A DNA stretch of 64,000 bases from an uncultured delta proteobacterium (GCA_963727445.1 CAVSGI010000009.1:128001-192000), one strand, 5' to 3'. Shown: positions 1 to 10,793, counted from the stretch's first letter. Translations and numbers: made by a program. The notes: generated by a model from the sequence alone, not told the origin.

Positions 1-101
1 ACCGCTCCCGACCAGGAGATGCGTCGAAGACGCGCTGGAAGACCTCCCCGGGCCCAAAGGCGCGCGGTTTCGCATGCACATCACCTACGACTGACGATGT
101 C

Positions 102-614
102 TCATCCGTCGCGGCAGAGACGGTCGGCGCGCTTGAGCAAGGTCGGGATGCGGTGTGCTCCGTGCATCGTGCGCACGTGGGCCGCCGCCGTGCCCACCTC
201 CATTCCGATCGCGGTGACCAAGAGCGCGCGCTCGCTCGTCCCCCGCAGAACCGCCACCGCGCGCGTCGCTCCCGCGAAGGGCTGCTTCGCGACACCCACG
301 ACTGCAGCGCGCCGGTCGAGAGCCGCGTGGAGGTGTGCCCCCAGCCCACGATCGTCGCCAGCGAGCCACACGTGTCCGTCCACCACCACCACGCTAGGCA
401 GTGCGCCAAACGCTTCGAGGGCCGCGCGCAGGTGGGGAAGCTCCCGCTCGAAGAAGCGCCCTGGGACGTATGCTGCCGCGGGACCCGTCTGCCTTCGCAC
501 GAGCGTGTGCTTCGGCTCTCCGTCCGTCCAACGATCGAAGCCGACGCACGCGGTGACGACGTGATCGTCCCGGTAGTCCACGTCGACTGCGACGATCTCG
601 CATCGGTGGGCCAT
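102..614 (-). CDS. nfi: Endonuclease V family protein (short form)
   Basis: Motifs AVDVDY, YVPGRFFERE, VVVDG..L..GLGAH, VVGVAK and HRIPTLLKRAD match EndoV. ATG at 614 preferred. Confidence 0.8.
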   Translation of the reverse strand: MAHRCEIVAVDVDYRDDHVVTACVGFDRWTDGEPKHTLVRRQTGPAAAYVPGRFFERELPHLRAALEAFGALPSVVVVDGHVWLAGDDRGLGAHLHAALDRRAAVVGVAKQPFAGATRAVAVLRGTSERALLVTAIGMEVGTAAAHVRTMHGAHRIPTLLKRADRLCRDG

Positions 615-658
615 GGTGGACACAAGCTGGGTCGGGTCGCCGCAAAGGCAAGTCGGCG

Positions 659-1297
659 TCAGCCCCGGCAGAGCTTCTCTCGAGCCCAGTATTCACGCAC
701 CAGGTCGACGTCGGCCGGGTGCAGGTCGTCGATGCGGAATCGATGCGAAGGCGTGTCGATCTGGAAGCTGTCCTCGTCCGACCGAAGCTCGAGCTCGTTT
801 CGCTCCCCCACGTGTCGATGCCCTTCCCGAATGATCTCGTAGTGCAGTGGCGTGACGCGGAGTCGCAGGGTGTCGACGAGGGTGTAGGGCCTGAAACGTC
901 GGTAGATCGCGCGTATGAAGAGGACCACGAGCACGATCGACGCGACGCCCACGACCTTCATGACGGACGCATCGAAGAGATCGGCCGAGAAGTAGAGGAG
1001 CACCGGAATGCTCATCAAGACCCCTCCGAAGTAGATGGTGTTCGCGAGCTCAGCGAAGCGCTCGAAGCGGGTCTGACGTACGACGAGGTAATCGTGAGGG
1101 GTGGCGGTCTCGACGCGAACACGACGCATTCGGCGCAGGGCTCTGTCGCGCTTCTTCTCTTCCGCCTTGCGCTGTCTGGCCTCGCGTTCGTGCTCTTCCC
1201 GACGCTGCGCTTCGTAGATCTCGTGCGCGAGGGCGATGTCGAGGGCCTCGGGGTCGGAGGGCGGTTCGAGAGGCTCGCGATAGGTGGCAGGATCCAT
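659..1297 (-). CDS. Hypothetical membrane protein (coiled N-terminus, two TM helices)
   Basis: 212-aa ORF with normal composition and two hydrophobic segments. Confidence 0.6.
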   Translation of the reverse strand: MDPATYREPLEPPSDPEALDIALAHEIYEAQRREEHEREARQRKAEEKKRDRALRRMRRVRVETATPHDYLVVRQTRFERFAELANTIYFGGVLMSIPVLLYFSADLFDASVMKVVGVASIVLVVLFIRAIYRRFRPYTLVDTLRLRVTPLHYEIIREGHRHVGERNELELRSDEDSFQIDTPSHRFRIDDLHPADVDLVREYWAREKLCRG

Positions 1298-1413
1298 GCG
1301 CTGGGTAGTGCATCTGGGATGCCAGGCCCCGCATGGCCTTTTTCGGCAGGGACGCGCCTCTTCCGCTACGAGCTGGTGAAAGCCGCCCGGGCAGAATGTC
1401 GGCGGTCACTAAA

Positions 1414-2691
1414 CTAGCGAAAGGGCCGGCCCTCCTCGGCGTAAGCGGCGGCGGACTCGAAGAGGTTGATCGCCATCAGGCTCTCCTCGGTCGCTGCGCG
1501 AGCGCGGTAGAGAGCGGCGACGCGGGCGCGGACCTCGGCGTCGGCGGGGCTGGCTTCGAGGGCGAAGTCGGCGAGCCCGCACGCGACGCGCATCATCCCG
1601 TCGCGCTGTAGCTTCTCCGCCCGCTCCATCAACTTCTTCGCACCGCCGGCGAGGCTGGCCACCTCGAGCGCGAGGGACGAGCGCCGCGGCGGCATCAGCT
1701 CGCTCGGCCGTCCGTTCCACCAGCCTCCGTAGTAGCGGATCACGTTGCGCACGATGAACTCGGCGTCGTCGTAGACGTTCTGGAGCCACGGGCTGTCGCT
1801 CTCGGGCAGACGGACGCGGTGCACGATGTCGGCGTGTGGCGGCGCCCCTTCGTTGAGCGCGTCGAGCGTCCGTTCGACGATGGTGTCGAGGAAGTCGGCG
1901 GTCTCGAGGAGCATGCGTTGGATCAGCGCCGGGTCGTTCACCACTGGGCCGCCGTGGCCGGGGCACATCGAGTGGGGATCGCGGGCCGCCATCTCCCTGA
2001 GACCGCTGGCCCAGTCCCAGGGATAGCGCTGCACCTTCTGCGGGTTGCCGGCGTTCGGCACGCCCCAGATGAAGAGGTCGCCGGGGCAGAGCACGCGACG
2101 GTCGGGGCAGAAGACCCAGGAGTGATCGTCGGTCTCCCCGCGGCAGTGATGCACCTCGAAACGCACGCCGCCGACCTCGAGGTCGAGTCGCTCCTCGTAG
2201 AGCTCGGTGGGCGGGAGCTCGGGCGTCCCGAAGGTGTCGTAGTCCTCCGCCAGGGCGCCGCTCTCGGCGCGCACCGTCGCCCCGAACTGCCGCGCGTTGA
2301 TCGCGCGGTTGTAGCCGGCGGTGCGGCGGTATCGCGCGAAGCGCGCGGGCATCGCGCGATGGCCCACGATCCGCGGCGGCGACTGCCCGTCCTTCAGGAA
2401 GGCCGCGAGACCGAAGGCGTGGTCCACGTGACCCTGGGTGAAGATCGCGGTGTGGATCGGTCGGTCGGTCTTCTGTCGGATCTGCGCCGCGAGGAGCGGG
2501 CCGATGCGCTTCAAGCCCGAGTCGACGAGCACCACGCCTTCGTCGGTGTCGAAGGCGGTGACGCCGCTGAACATGGATGCGAAGAAGGTGCGGTCGTCGA
2601 CGTCGACGGGACCGCCCGACCAGAGGAACTTCGCTTCCTCGGGGGACTTGCCTCTGTTGTTTGCAAAGGCCGAGACAGGATCGATCGCCAT
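1414..2691 (-). CDS. Alkyl sulfatase-like metallo-beta-lactamase-fold hydrolase with dimerization domain
   Basis: TQGHVDH metal motif, GETDDH, GDLF, PNAGNPQKVQRY, PGHG and YYGGWWNG.P resemble SdsA1/BDS1-type enzymes. Confidence 0.8.
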   Translation of the reverse strand: MAIDPVSAFANNRGKSPEEAKFLWSGGPVDVDDRTFFASMFSGVTAFDTDEGVVLVDSGLKRIGPLLAAQIRQKTDRPIHTAIFTQGHVDHAFGLAAFLKDGQSPPRIVGHRAMPARFARYRRTAGYNRAINARQFGATVRAESGALAEDYDTFGTPELPPTELYEERLDLEVGGVRFEVHHCRGETDDHSWVFCPDRRVLCPGDLFIWGVPNAGNPQKVQRYPWDWASGLREMAARDPHSMCPGHGGPVVNDPALIQRMLLETADFLDTIVERTLDALNEGAPPHADIVHRVRLPESDSPWLQNVYDDAEFIVRNVIRYYGGWWNGRPSELMPPRRSSLALEVASLAGGAKKLMERAEKLQRDGMMRVACGLADFALEASPADAEVRARVAALYRARAATEESLMAINLFESAAAYAEEGRPFR

Positions 2692-2751
2692 GGGACGGCC
2701 ATTTGACGCAGGCGCACCGAGATTCGCAACCACGTGGTATCACCCGCCTCG

Positions 2752-5091
2752 ATGAAGGGACGCGTCCTGCCGCTCCTGGCCCTCGCGGCGCTCGTGGCCG
2801 GCGCCGCGTGGGCGGTGACGCGCCTCGAGGTGGAGACCGACATCACCCGCTTTCTTCCGGAGGGCGACGACCCACGGATCGCGGCGGTGGCCCGCGAGGT
2901 GGTGAGCTCGGAGCTGAACCGGACCATCACCCTCACGCTCGAGGCGCCCACCGAGGACGTGGCCGCCGCTGCGGCCGAGGAGATGGGCGAGCGCCTCGCC
3001 GAGAGCGACGACGTCGAGTGGGTTCGGAGCGGACCCGACGAGGCGCTGCAGCAGGCGTTCTACGAGGCGTACTTCCCCCGACGCTACGGCTTCGCGCGGA
3101 ACCTCGACGTGTCCGACGCGGCCCTCGCCGAGCGCGTCGCGTATCTCAAGTCACAGCTCGCTCTGCCGACCGCACCCTTCATTCGCGAGATCGCCGCCTC
3201 CGATCCACTGCTGCTCTTCCCGGAGCAGCTCGACGCGCTCTCCGACGAGCTGCGCGGCACCCTACGCGTGCACGAGGGCGCCTTCATCACGGAGGACGGG
3301 AGCTACGGCGTGGTGCTCCTCGCGTCACGCGCTTCCGCCTTCGACGCCGCCGCCGCCCGCCGTCTGCTCGCGGAGATCGACCAGGACTTCGCTGCCGTGA
3401 ACGACGCGCATGGCGGCGAGCTCTCTCTCGAGATGTCCGGCGTCCACCGCTTCGCCGTCCGCGGCGAGGAGAACACCAAAGCCGACATCTCCCGCGTCTC
3501 GATCACCGGCACCATCGGCGTGCTCCTCTTCCTACTCGTCATCTTCCAGAAGCCCCGCTACCTCCTCCTCGGCAACGTACCGCTGGTGGCGGGCGTGGCG
3601 AGCGCGCTCTTCGCCACTTCGCTCGTCTTCGACACGATCCACGGCCTGACCCTCGCCTTCGGCGCCACGCTCATCGGCGTCGCCATCGACTACGTCGCCC
3701 ACTACTTGAACCACCATGTCCTCGCCCCCGATCCGAGCGGGCCCGAGGGGACGATGCGGCGCATCTGGCCGGGTCTCTTCCTCGGCGGCGTCACCACCAT
3801 CGCGGGCATCGCGGGTCTCGCCGGCACCGGCTACCCCGCGATCCAGGAGATGGCCTTCTTCACCAGCGTCGGCGTCCTCGGCGCGCTCCTCGCCACGCGC
3901 TTCTTCATGCCGCCCTTCATGATCGCCCAGCCGACGCCGACGCGCCTCCATCGCGCGCTGGCCGAGCGCGTCAGCCGCGCCCTCGAGGGGCTCGCCGCGC
4001 GGCGACGGCTGCTCTACCTGATCCCGGTGGCGGTGGTGCTCCTCGTCGGGGGCGGCCTCACCCGGCTTTCCTTCCTGGATGACGTTCGCGTGCTGAACGC
4101 CCTCGACCCGCAGCTCGTCGCCGAGGACGAGCGCGTGCGCGAGCGGGTGGCCCGCGTCGATGTGGGGCGCTTCATCGTCGCTTTCGGAGACGATCTCCAG
4201 TCCGCCCTCGAGGTGAACGATCGCGTGCGCGACACGCTCGACCAGGCGGTCGACGATCGCGTCATCGGCCGCCGCCGCAGTCTCTCCCCGCTCCTGCCCT
4301 CCGCCAGCACGCAGCGCGCGCGGCGCGACGCCATCGTCGACGCGCCGAACCTCGTCCAGCGCACCTTCGCGGCCCTCGAAGCCGAGGGCTTCGTGACCGC
4401 ACCCTTCGCGCCCTTCGCCGAGTCGATCCGCGCCCCCTACGATCCGCTCACCCTCGCGGACCTCCGAGGCACGCCCATCGCGCCGCTCATCGCGCCCTTC
4501 CTCCTCGACACCGAGGGCGACGCCGCCGTCCTCACGTTCGTCCACGACGTCCGCGACCCGGACGTGCTCGCCACGCGCATCGACGCCATCGACGGCGCGC
4601 TCTACTTCGATCAGCCGGCGTACATGGGCCGGGCCTACCGCCGGTTTCGCACCTCGGTGGAGTGGCTCCTCGCGGCAGGCCTGGTCCTCGTCTTCCTTCT
4701 GATCGTCGGCCGCTACCGCTCGGTCCGGAGCAGCCTCGCCGCCTATCTGCCCGCCGTCGGCGCCGGCGCGGCGACGCTCGGGGCGATCAGCCTCCTCGGC
4801 TTCCCCCTCACCCTCATCCACGTCGTCACCCTGCTCCTCGTGCTCTCGATGGGCGTCGACTACGGCGTGTTCATGGTCGAGTCGGAGCGCCACGAAGAGG
4901 GCCCGACCCCCACTGTGGTCAGCCTCCTCATCGCCTGTGCGTCCACCGTCCTCAGCTTCGGCGCGCTCGCCTTCAGCGCGCAGCCCGCGCTCCGCGCGAT
5001 GGGCCTGACCACCGCCATCGGCGTGCTCCTCAGCATGCTCTTCGCTCCGGCTGCGTGGCTCCTCGCCGGGCGCGGCGATCGCGATCGCTGA
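2752..5091 (+). CDS. MMPL/RND-family lipid exporter (aryl-polyene cluster type)
   Basis: ETDITRFLP, TLAFGATLIGVAIDY and GVDYGVF motifs; two halves with multiple TM helices. Confidence 0.85.
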   Translation: MKGRVLPLLALAALVAGAAWAVTRLEVETDITRFLPEGDDPRIAAVAREVVSSELNRTITLTLEAPTEDVAAAAAEEMGERLAESDDVEWVRSGPDEALQQAFYEAYFPRRYGFARNLDVSDAALAERVAYLKSQLALPTAPFIREIAASDPLLLFPEQLDALSDELRGTLRVHEGAFITEDGSYGVVLLASRASAFDAAAARRLLAEIDQDFAAVNDAHGGELSLEMSGVHRFAVRGEENTKADISRVSITGTIGVLLFLLVIFQKPRYLLLGNVPLVAGVASALFATSLVFDTIHGLTLAFGATLIGVAIDYVAHYLNHHVLAPDPSGPEGTMRRIWPGLFLGGVTTIAGIAGLAGTGYPAIQEMAFFTSVGVLGALLATRFFMPPFMIAQPTPTRLHRALAERVSRALEGLAARRRLLYLIPVAVVLLVGGGLTRLSFLDDVRVLNALDPQLVAEDERVRERVARVDVGRFIVAFGDDLQSALEVNDRVRDTLDQAVDDRVIGRRRSLSPLLPSASTQRARRDAIVDAPNLVQRTFAALEAEGFVTAPFAPFAESIRAPYDPLTLADLRGTPIAPLIAPFLLDTEGDAAVLTFVHDVRDPDVLATRIDAIDGALYFDQPAYMGRAYRRFRTSVEWLLAAGLVLVFLLIVGRYRSVRSSLAAYLPAVGAGAATLGAISLLGFPLTLIHVVTLLLVLSMGVDYGVFMVESERHEEGPTPTVVSLLIACASTVLSFGALAFSAQPALRAMGLTTAIGVLLSMLFAPAAWLLAGRGDRDR

Positions 5092-5097
5092 TCCGCC

Positions 5098-5544
5098 TCA
5101 GGCGCCTGCGTCGGGCGGCGGTCCACCGGCCGACGCGACGTTGATCGATCCGCTCGCCACCTCGTCGCCGTCCCGCGTGAGCACGCACTCGAACTGCGCG
5201 AGCGGGCCGTTGCCCCACAGCTCTTTGACGTCGATGGTCAGCGCGTCGCCCAAGTGAAACGCGTCGACGGTCACGTCCACCTTGCGCGTGCCGAGAAGGA
5301 ACCCGCCCGTCGGCGGCATCCCCGCTTTCGCAGCGCGGTAGACCATGAGCGCGGCAGCCGCCTGCGCGAAGAGCTCGATGGCGACCAGCGGTGTCACGCG
5401 CCCCGCGTCGGCCATGATGTGACCTTCGCCCAGATGGCACCGACACACGATGCGGGCCTCTTCGACCTCGAGCACCTCGTCGATGAAGCGCATCGGCGGC
5501 TGGTGCGGCATCTGCGCCACGACCCAGCTCAGGTCCTCCGCCAT
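5098..5544 (-). CDS. Hot-dog fold 3-hydroxyacyl-ACP dehydratase (ApeP-like)
   Basis: MPHQPPMRFIDEV, IELFAQAAAA and GFLLGTRK; start at ATG 5544 (MAEDL). Confidence 0.8.
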   Translation of the reverse strand: MAEDLSWVVAQMPHQPPMRFIDEVLEVEEARIVCRCHLGEGHIMADAGRVTPLVAIELFAQAAAALMVYRAAKAGMPPTGGFLLGTRKVDVTVDAFHLGDALTIDVKELWGNGPLAQFECVLTRDGDEVASGSINVASAGGPPPDAGA

Positions 5545-5557
5545 GGTGAACGTCGTT

Positions 5558-5932
5558 CTATTCGCCGCCGACGGCGGCCTTCTTCTCGGCGGGGGCGCCT
5601 TCGGTCCCGCCGTCTTCGCCGCCTTCGGCAGCGATCGCGCGCGGATCGGTCGGCCGCTGAACCTCGGGCTCGGGCAAGCCCTTCTCGGCGGCGTCGAGCT
5701 CACTCTCCACGAAGAGGATGAGGTCTTCGACGGTGCGGACCTTGCGCGCCTCGGTGGGGTCGGGGCGTCGCCCCGTGATCTCGCGCAACTGGACGAAGAT
5801 GTCGACCGCGTCGATGCTGTCGAGGCCGAGCTCTTCGTAGAGCTTGGACTCGTGCTTGATCTCTTCGGGCTCGAGCTCGAACGACTCGGCGAGGATCTCG
5901 ACGAGGGTGTCGTAAATTTCGTCTCTAGTCAT
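5558..5932 (-). CDS. Acyl carrier protein with acidic C-terminal extension
   Basis: LYEELGLDSIDAVD phosphopantetheine motif and VRTVED. Confidence 0.9.
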   Translation of the reverse strand: MTRDEIYDTLVEILAESFELEPEEIKHESKLYEELGLDSIDAVDIFVQLREITGRRPDPTEARKVRTVEDLILFVESELDAAEKGLPEPEVQRPTDPRAIAAEGGEDGGTEGAPAEKKAAVGGE

Positions 5933-6028
5933 GAGTGGGAAAGACCTCAGCAGCGCGGGAGTATAGGTAAGCAGGCGACCCTTGCAAGTGAGGGGCCTGA
6001 CCCCTCGCGCAAGCTCTCTTCGAGCAGG

Positions 6029-7870
6029 TCAGACGGCGCCGGGCCTCGGCGTATTCGATGTAATGGATCCCGCAATTTCAGTGCTTTGTGGGGTGATCCC
6101 GGCTCTCGTGAAGAGCTCGTCCATCGGAACCAGCTCCCCGCTCCACCGCCCGAGGGCGCGCTCGAGGTCTCTCGCCAGCGTGGACAGCCGTTCACGCCGT
6201 TCTCGCCTGGGGAGTGAATCCGCTCTCACCCGCTCCCAGTCGATGGCCAGATCCCAGCTCCCCAGGTCGATGCGACGGGCGAGCTCGGGGGCGTTTTCGG
6301 GTCCGACGCCGCGGAGCGCCAGCATCAGCATCTCGAAGAGCAGCTCCTCGGTCTTCGCCACGTCGGCGCGCATGCGTGAAAGCGTGTGCTCGATGGAGCG
6401 ATCCTCGAGCAGCTCGAGGTGCTGATCCGCGAGGGTCGAGGGGAACATGGGCAGCGGCGTGAAGGGCCGGCCGGGGTGCAGGGTGACGGTCTTGAGGTCC
6501 GCCCAGGCGTTGCACAGCACCTGCGCCAGGTGGTTGAGGCGGTTGTAACGAAGACCGACCTCGTGGAAGGCCGCGAGCTCCTCGGCGGGCAGGCGGTAGG
6601 CGCGCCGGAAGAAATAGGGACACATGAAGGTCCAGTAGACGAAGAAGTCCCACCAGAGCTTCGCGCCGAAGACGTCGTGGTGCGGGAAGATGGCCCCGTT
6701 GTCGACGAGCACCTTGCCGATCTCGTCGGCCCAGGTGATGTGGAGCTCGTTGAACATCGAGACGCGCACGGGATCGTTTTGTCCCGTCTCGAGGTCCTCG
6801 CGGATGAGCTCGGCGGTGAAGCAGTTGGCGAGGCCGATGAAGTCCGAGCCCGGGCTGTAGAGGGGATCGACGAAGAGGCCCGCTTCTCCGACGCACGCCC
6901 AGCGGTCCTCGCTGAAGCACTTCTTCGAGGAGTAGCTGTAGCCCTCGAGCATCTTGAAGTCCTCGAACTTCACGCCTTCGAGGGCGGCGGCGAGCTCGGG
7001 CTCGTTCTTCGCGAGCCAGGCGCGCGCCTTGTCCTCGCTGTCGTAAGAGGCGAAGGGTTGGTTCTTCTCGTCGGCGACGATGCCGATGCTCGTCATCCCG
7101 GTCGAGAGCGGGATGAGCCAGACCCAGTAGCCGCGCCCCATCAGGTGGCAGGTCGACAGCCAGCGGTTGTCGTCGACGTCGCGCGCGTGCCAGCGCTTTT
7201 CGCTTTCGGGGACCAGCTCGCCGACCTTGAGGCGCCGGTCGATGCGGAACCACGCGGCGCTCTGGTCGTTGTCGTTTTCGACGCGCAGGCCGAGCTTGCG
7301 TTGAAGGAGCTGACGTCGCCCGGTGGCGTCGACCGCCCAGCGCGCCGTGAGGGTCTGCTCCTCGCGGGTCTTCTTGTCGAAGACCACGACGCGGTGGTCC
7401 TCGCTCTCGTCGGTGAGCTCGATGTCCTTGACGACCCAGCCCTCGTAGAGGGTCACGCCTTCGTCGGCCAGGATCTGCCGGACGTCATTTTCGAGCTTGC
7501 CGCGATCCATCTGGTAGCTCGGTACGATCGGCGGCTCCGAGGGACCGAGCTCGGTGCGCTTCCAAAGCGGGGTCCCCTCTGGAGCGCAGAAGAAGCGCAG
7601 GCCGTTCTTGTGAAGGTGATCCGCGTCCAGGTAGTCCTTCAGTCCGGCGATCTGCGAGATGTAGTGCGTACCCATCTCGACGCTGGACTCGCCGACCTTG
7701 TGGCAGGCGATGGGGAGCGGTCGCTTCGCGGCCTCGACCACGCAGAGCGAAGCCTGAGGAAGCTCACGGCGAAGCTGCCGGGCCAGGGTGAGGCCGGCGA
7801 GCCCTCCACCACAGATGACGACGTCGAAATGCGTGCGCATGCGCCCCTTCTCGTGGCGGGTATAGGGCAT
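6029..7870 (-). CDS. Flavin-dependent halogenase-like protein, paralog 1
   Basis: GGGLAG FAD motif, KVGESSVE, K-NGLRFF, WVWLIP (WxWxIP) and GEAGLFVDPLYSPG. Confidence 0.8.
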   Translation of the reverse strand: MPYTRHEKGRMRTHFDVVICGGGLAGLTLARQLRRELPQASLCVVEAAKRPLPIACHKVGESSVEMGTHYISQIAGLKDYLDADHLHKNGLRFFCAPEGTPLWKRTELGPSEPPIVPSYQMDRGKLENDVRQILADEGVTLYEGWVVKDIELTDESEDHRVVVFDKKTREEQTLTARWAVDATGRRQLLQRKLGLRVENDNDQSAAWFRIDRRLKVGELVPESEKRWHARDVDDNRWLSTCHLMGRGYWVWLIPLSTGMTSIGIVADEKNQPFASYDSEDKARAWLAKNEPELAAALEGVKFEDFKMLEGYSYSSKKCFSEDRWACVGEAGLFVDPLYSPGSDFIGLANCFTAELIREDLETGQNDPVRVSMFNELHITWADEIGKVLVDNGAIFPHHDVFGAKLWWDFFVYWTFMCPYFFRRAYRLPAEELAAFHEVGLRYNRLNHLAQVLCNAWADLKTVTLHPGRPFTPLPMFPSTLADQHLELLEDRSIEHTLSRMRADVAKTEELLFEMLMLALRGVGPENAPELARRIDLGSWDLAIDWERVRADSLPRRERRERLSTLARDLERALGRWSGELVPMDELFTRAGITPQSTEIAGSITSNTPRPGAV

Positions 7871-7973
7871 GGTCGCGGTGGGAGCAATCGGGCCCGCGCC
7901 CCGCGCTTGTCCGCATGCTCGACGCTGGCGGTGGTGCTACGGTGGCCCGCCTGGGAGAGGGTAAGAGGAGCGA

Positions 7974-9551
7974 ATGGAGCACAGCGTCGATGTGGCCATC
8001 CTGGGGGGTGGCCTCGCGGGAAACCTGCTTGCACGCCAGCTGCGAAGAGAGCTGCCGGCTCTATCCGTCAGCATCTTCGAGCGCGAGACCGAGCGCACCT
8101 GGAAGGTGGGAGAGTCGACCGTCGAGATCGCGGCCGCGTATCTGACCCGGCGGCTCGGGCTCACGAAGTACCTCTACGAGCGGCACCTGCCCAAGAACGG
8201 CCTGCGCTTCTTCTTCGACGACGAGCAGCGGAGCGCGAACCTCGAGGACATGAGCGAGATCGGGCTCATGAGCCTGCCGCCCTATCCGAGCTTCCAGCTC
8301 GACCGCGCGCGCTTCGAGCGAGACCTCCTCGAGATGAACGCGGCGGACGGTGTCGACGTGCACCTCGGCACGCGCGTCGCCGATCTGACCCTCGATGATG
8401 GCAGCGACGGTCACGTCTTCCGCGCCATCGCCGACAACGTCGAGCGCCGGGTCAAGGCGCGCTGGGTGGTGGACGCCACGGGCCGCGGCGGTCTGATCTC
8501 GACCCAGAAGAAGCTCAAGGTGCCCGAGCGGGGCCATCGCATCGCCGCGACCTGGGGCCGCTTCGAGGAGGTCGCGGACATCGACGACTGGCCCGCGCCC
8601 GAGTGGCGCGCCCGCGTGAACCACACCGCGCGCTACCTCTCGACGAACCACTTCTGCTACCCGGATCAGTGGATCTGGTTCATCCCGCTTCGCGAGGGCG
8701 TGACCTCGGTGGGCGTGGTGGCGGACGCGTCGACCTGGGACAAGCGCTTCCACACCGAGGAAGGCTTCCTCGCGCACCTGCGCGCACACCGCGCGCCCGA
8801 GCAGCTCCTCGAGAAGGCCAAGCTCCTCGACATCGGCTCCTTCACGCAGCTCGCCTTCCGCACCAAGCAGTTCTTCAGCGCCGAGCGCTGGGCGTGCGTG
8901 GGCGACGCAGCGGCCTTCGTCGACCCGTTCTACAGCCCGGGCTCGGACTTCATCGCCATCGAGAACGACATCGTGGCGAACCTGATCGCGAACGAGGTGG
9001 CCGGCGAGGACATCCACGAGCGCGCTCAGGCCTTCGACGAGTTCATGCAGTTCCGCTTCGACACGGCGATGGCCCTCTACCAGGACCAGTACCGCACCTT
9101 CGGCAGCTTCGAGCTCTTCAAGGCCAAGGTCTATTTCGACTGCGCCTGTTACTACAACCTCTGGTTCGACTCCTACGAGCGCGACGAGCACATCGATCTG
9201 AAGGCGGTCAAAGGCGTGCTCCGGCGCAAGGAGCCGGTGATCGTCGCGATGGAGAACTTCAAGCAGCTCTTCCGCGGTGCGGCCGACGAGCTGATGCGGC
9301 GCGGTGATTACTACCGACAGAACACCGGCATCGGATTCCACGACGGTCAGGCGGCCTTCGGTCCCATCATGGACGTCGGCAAGAAGCGCCGCCGTCCGGC
9401 GATCGATCGGCGCACCGAAGAGATCTTCAACGAGACCACCAAGATGGTGCACGCCATGCTCGACGGTGATGCTTCGGTCTACGTGCCGCGTCCCATCTGG
9501 GACTTCGCCGAGAAGGGCGGGATCCTCCCCGCCGCCCGCGTGGGTGCCTGA
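7974..9551 (+). CDS. Flavin-dependent halogenase-like protein, paralog 2
   Basis: GGGLAG, KVGESTVE, K-NGLRFF, WIWFIP and GDAAAFVDPFYSPG; GAGGAG RBS upstream. Confidence 0.8.
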   Translation: MEHSVDVAILGGGLAGNLLARQLRRELPALSVSIFERETERTWKVGESTVEIAAAYLTRRLGLTKYLYERHLPKNGLRFFFDDEQRSANLEDMSEIGLMSLPPYPSFQLDRARFERDLLEMNAADGVDVHLGTRVADLTLDDGSDGHVFRAIADNVERRVKARWVVDATGRGGLISTQKKLKVPERGHRIAATWGRFEEVADIDDWPAPEWRARVNHTARYLSTNHFCYPDQWIWFIPLREGVTSVGVVADASTWDKRFHTEEGFLAHLRAHRAPEQLLEKAKLLDIGSFTQLAFRTKQFFSAERWACVGDAAAFVDPFYSPGSDFIAIENDIVANLIANEVAGEDIHERAQAFDEFMQFRFDTAMALYQDQYRTFGSFELFKAKVYFDCACYYNLWFDSYERDEHIDLKAVKGVLRRKEPVIVAMENFKQLFRGAADELMRRGDYYRQNTGIGFHDGQAAFGPIMDVGKKRRRPAIDRRTEEIFNETTKMVHAMLDGDASVYVPRPIWDFAEKGGILPAARVGA

Positions 9552-9553
9552 GC

Positions 9554-10792
9554 ATGAGTGACGCCGATCGCCGCGTCGTGATCACCGGGATGGGCGCGGT
9601 CTCGCCGATCGGCAACACGGTCGAGGACTCCGTCGCGAAGCTCGCGGCCATGGAGCACGGCATCCGCTTCATGGACGAGTGGGAGTTCATGGAGGACCTG
9701 CAATGCCGGCTCGCGGCGAACGTGACCGGCATCGACTTCAAGAAGCATTACCACCGGCGCGTTCGCCGGACGATGGGGCGCGTCTCGCTCCTCGCTCTCT
9801 ACGCGACCGAGCAGGCGCTCGAGCAGGCGGGCATCACCGCCGAGATGATGGAAGGCGGCCGCACCGGCCTCGCCTATGGATCGACCAGCGGATCGAGCGG
9901 TGAGCTCGAGCTCTACAGCCGGCCGCTGATGAACTCGAATTCGCTGCGCGGGCTCGAGTCGAACGCCTACCTGAAGATCATGGCGCACACCTGCGCCGCC
10001 AACCTCGCGAGCCACTTCAAGATCCGCGGCCGCGTCCAGCCGACGTGCAGCGCGTGCACCAGCGGCTCGCAGGCGGTGGGCTACGGCTACGAGATGATCA
10101 AGCACGGGATCGAGGACGTGATGATCTGCGGCGGTGCCGAGGAGATGCACTACACCAGCGCGGTCACCTTCGATCTCTTGATGGCGACGTCGGTGCACTT
10201 CAACGCGCGGCCCGACGACACGCCCCGACCCTTCGACGCCGACCGCGACGGACTGGTCACCGGCGAAGCGGGCGCCACCCTGGTGCTCGAGAGCTACGCC
10301 CACGCCAAGGCGCGCGGCGCGGAGATCCTCGGCGAGATCATCGGCTTCGCGAGCTGCTGCGATGGGGCGCACATCACCAACCCCAACCCCGACGGGATGC
10401 GACGCGTGATGGACCTCGCCCTCGCCGACGCGAAGCTCTCGCGCGACAAGGTGGACTACGTGCACGCCCACGCCACCGCGACCACCGTGGGAGACGTCGC
10501 CGAAGCGCAGGCGACGCACGACCTCTTCGAGCGGAAGATCCCCATCGCGAGCACCAAGGCGCACGTCGGCCACACCCTCGGCGCGTGCGGAGCGCTCGAA
10601 GCCATCTGGAGCCTCGAGATGATTCGCAAGGGCTTCATGGCCGCGACGCGCAACCTCGAAAAGCTCGACCCGGAGTGCCCGCCGCTCGACTATCTGACCG
10701 AGACCCGCGACGACAAGCCCACCGTGGTGATGAGCAACAACTTCGCCTTCGGTGGCGTGAACACGTCGCTGATCATCGCGCCGGCTCCCTGA
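9554..10792 (+). CDS. Beta-ketoacyl-ACP synthase (FabF/ApeR-like)
   Basis: RRVVITGMG, catalytic SACTS, HAHATAT, K..VGHTLGACG and SNNFAFGG. Confidence 0.9.
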   Translation: MSDADRRVVITGMGAVSPIGNTVEDSVAKLAAMEHGIRFMDEWEFMEDLQCRLAANVTGIDFKKHYHRRVRRTMGRVSLLALYATEQALEQAGITAEMMEGGRTGLAYGSTSGSSGELELYSRPLMNSNSLRGLESNAYLKIMAHTCAANLASHFKIRGRVQPTCSACTSGSQAVGYGYEMIKHGIEDVMICGGAEEMHYTSAVTFDLLMATSVHFNARPDDTPRPFDADRDGLVTGEAGATLVLESYAHAKARGAEILGEIIGFASCCDGAHITNPNPDGMRRVMDLALADAKLSRDKVDYVHAHATATTVGDVAEAQATHDLFERKIPIASTKAHVGHTLGACGALEAIWSLEMIRKGFMAATRNLEKLDPECPPLDYLTETRDDKPTVVMSNNFAFGGVNTSLIIAPAP

Positions 10793-10793
10793 A

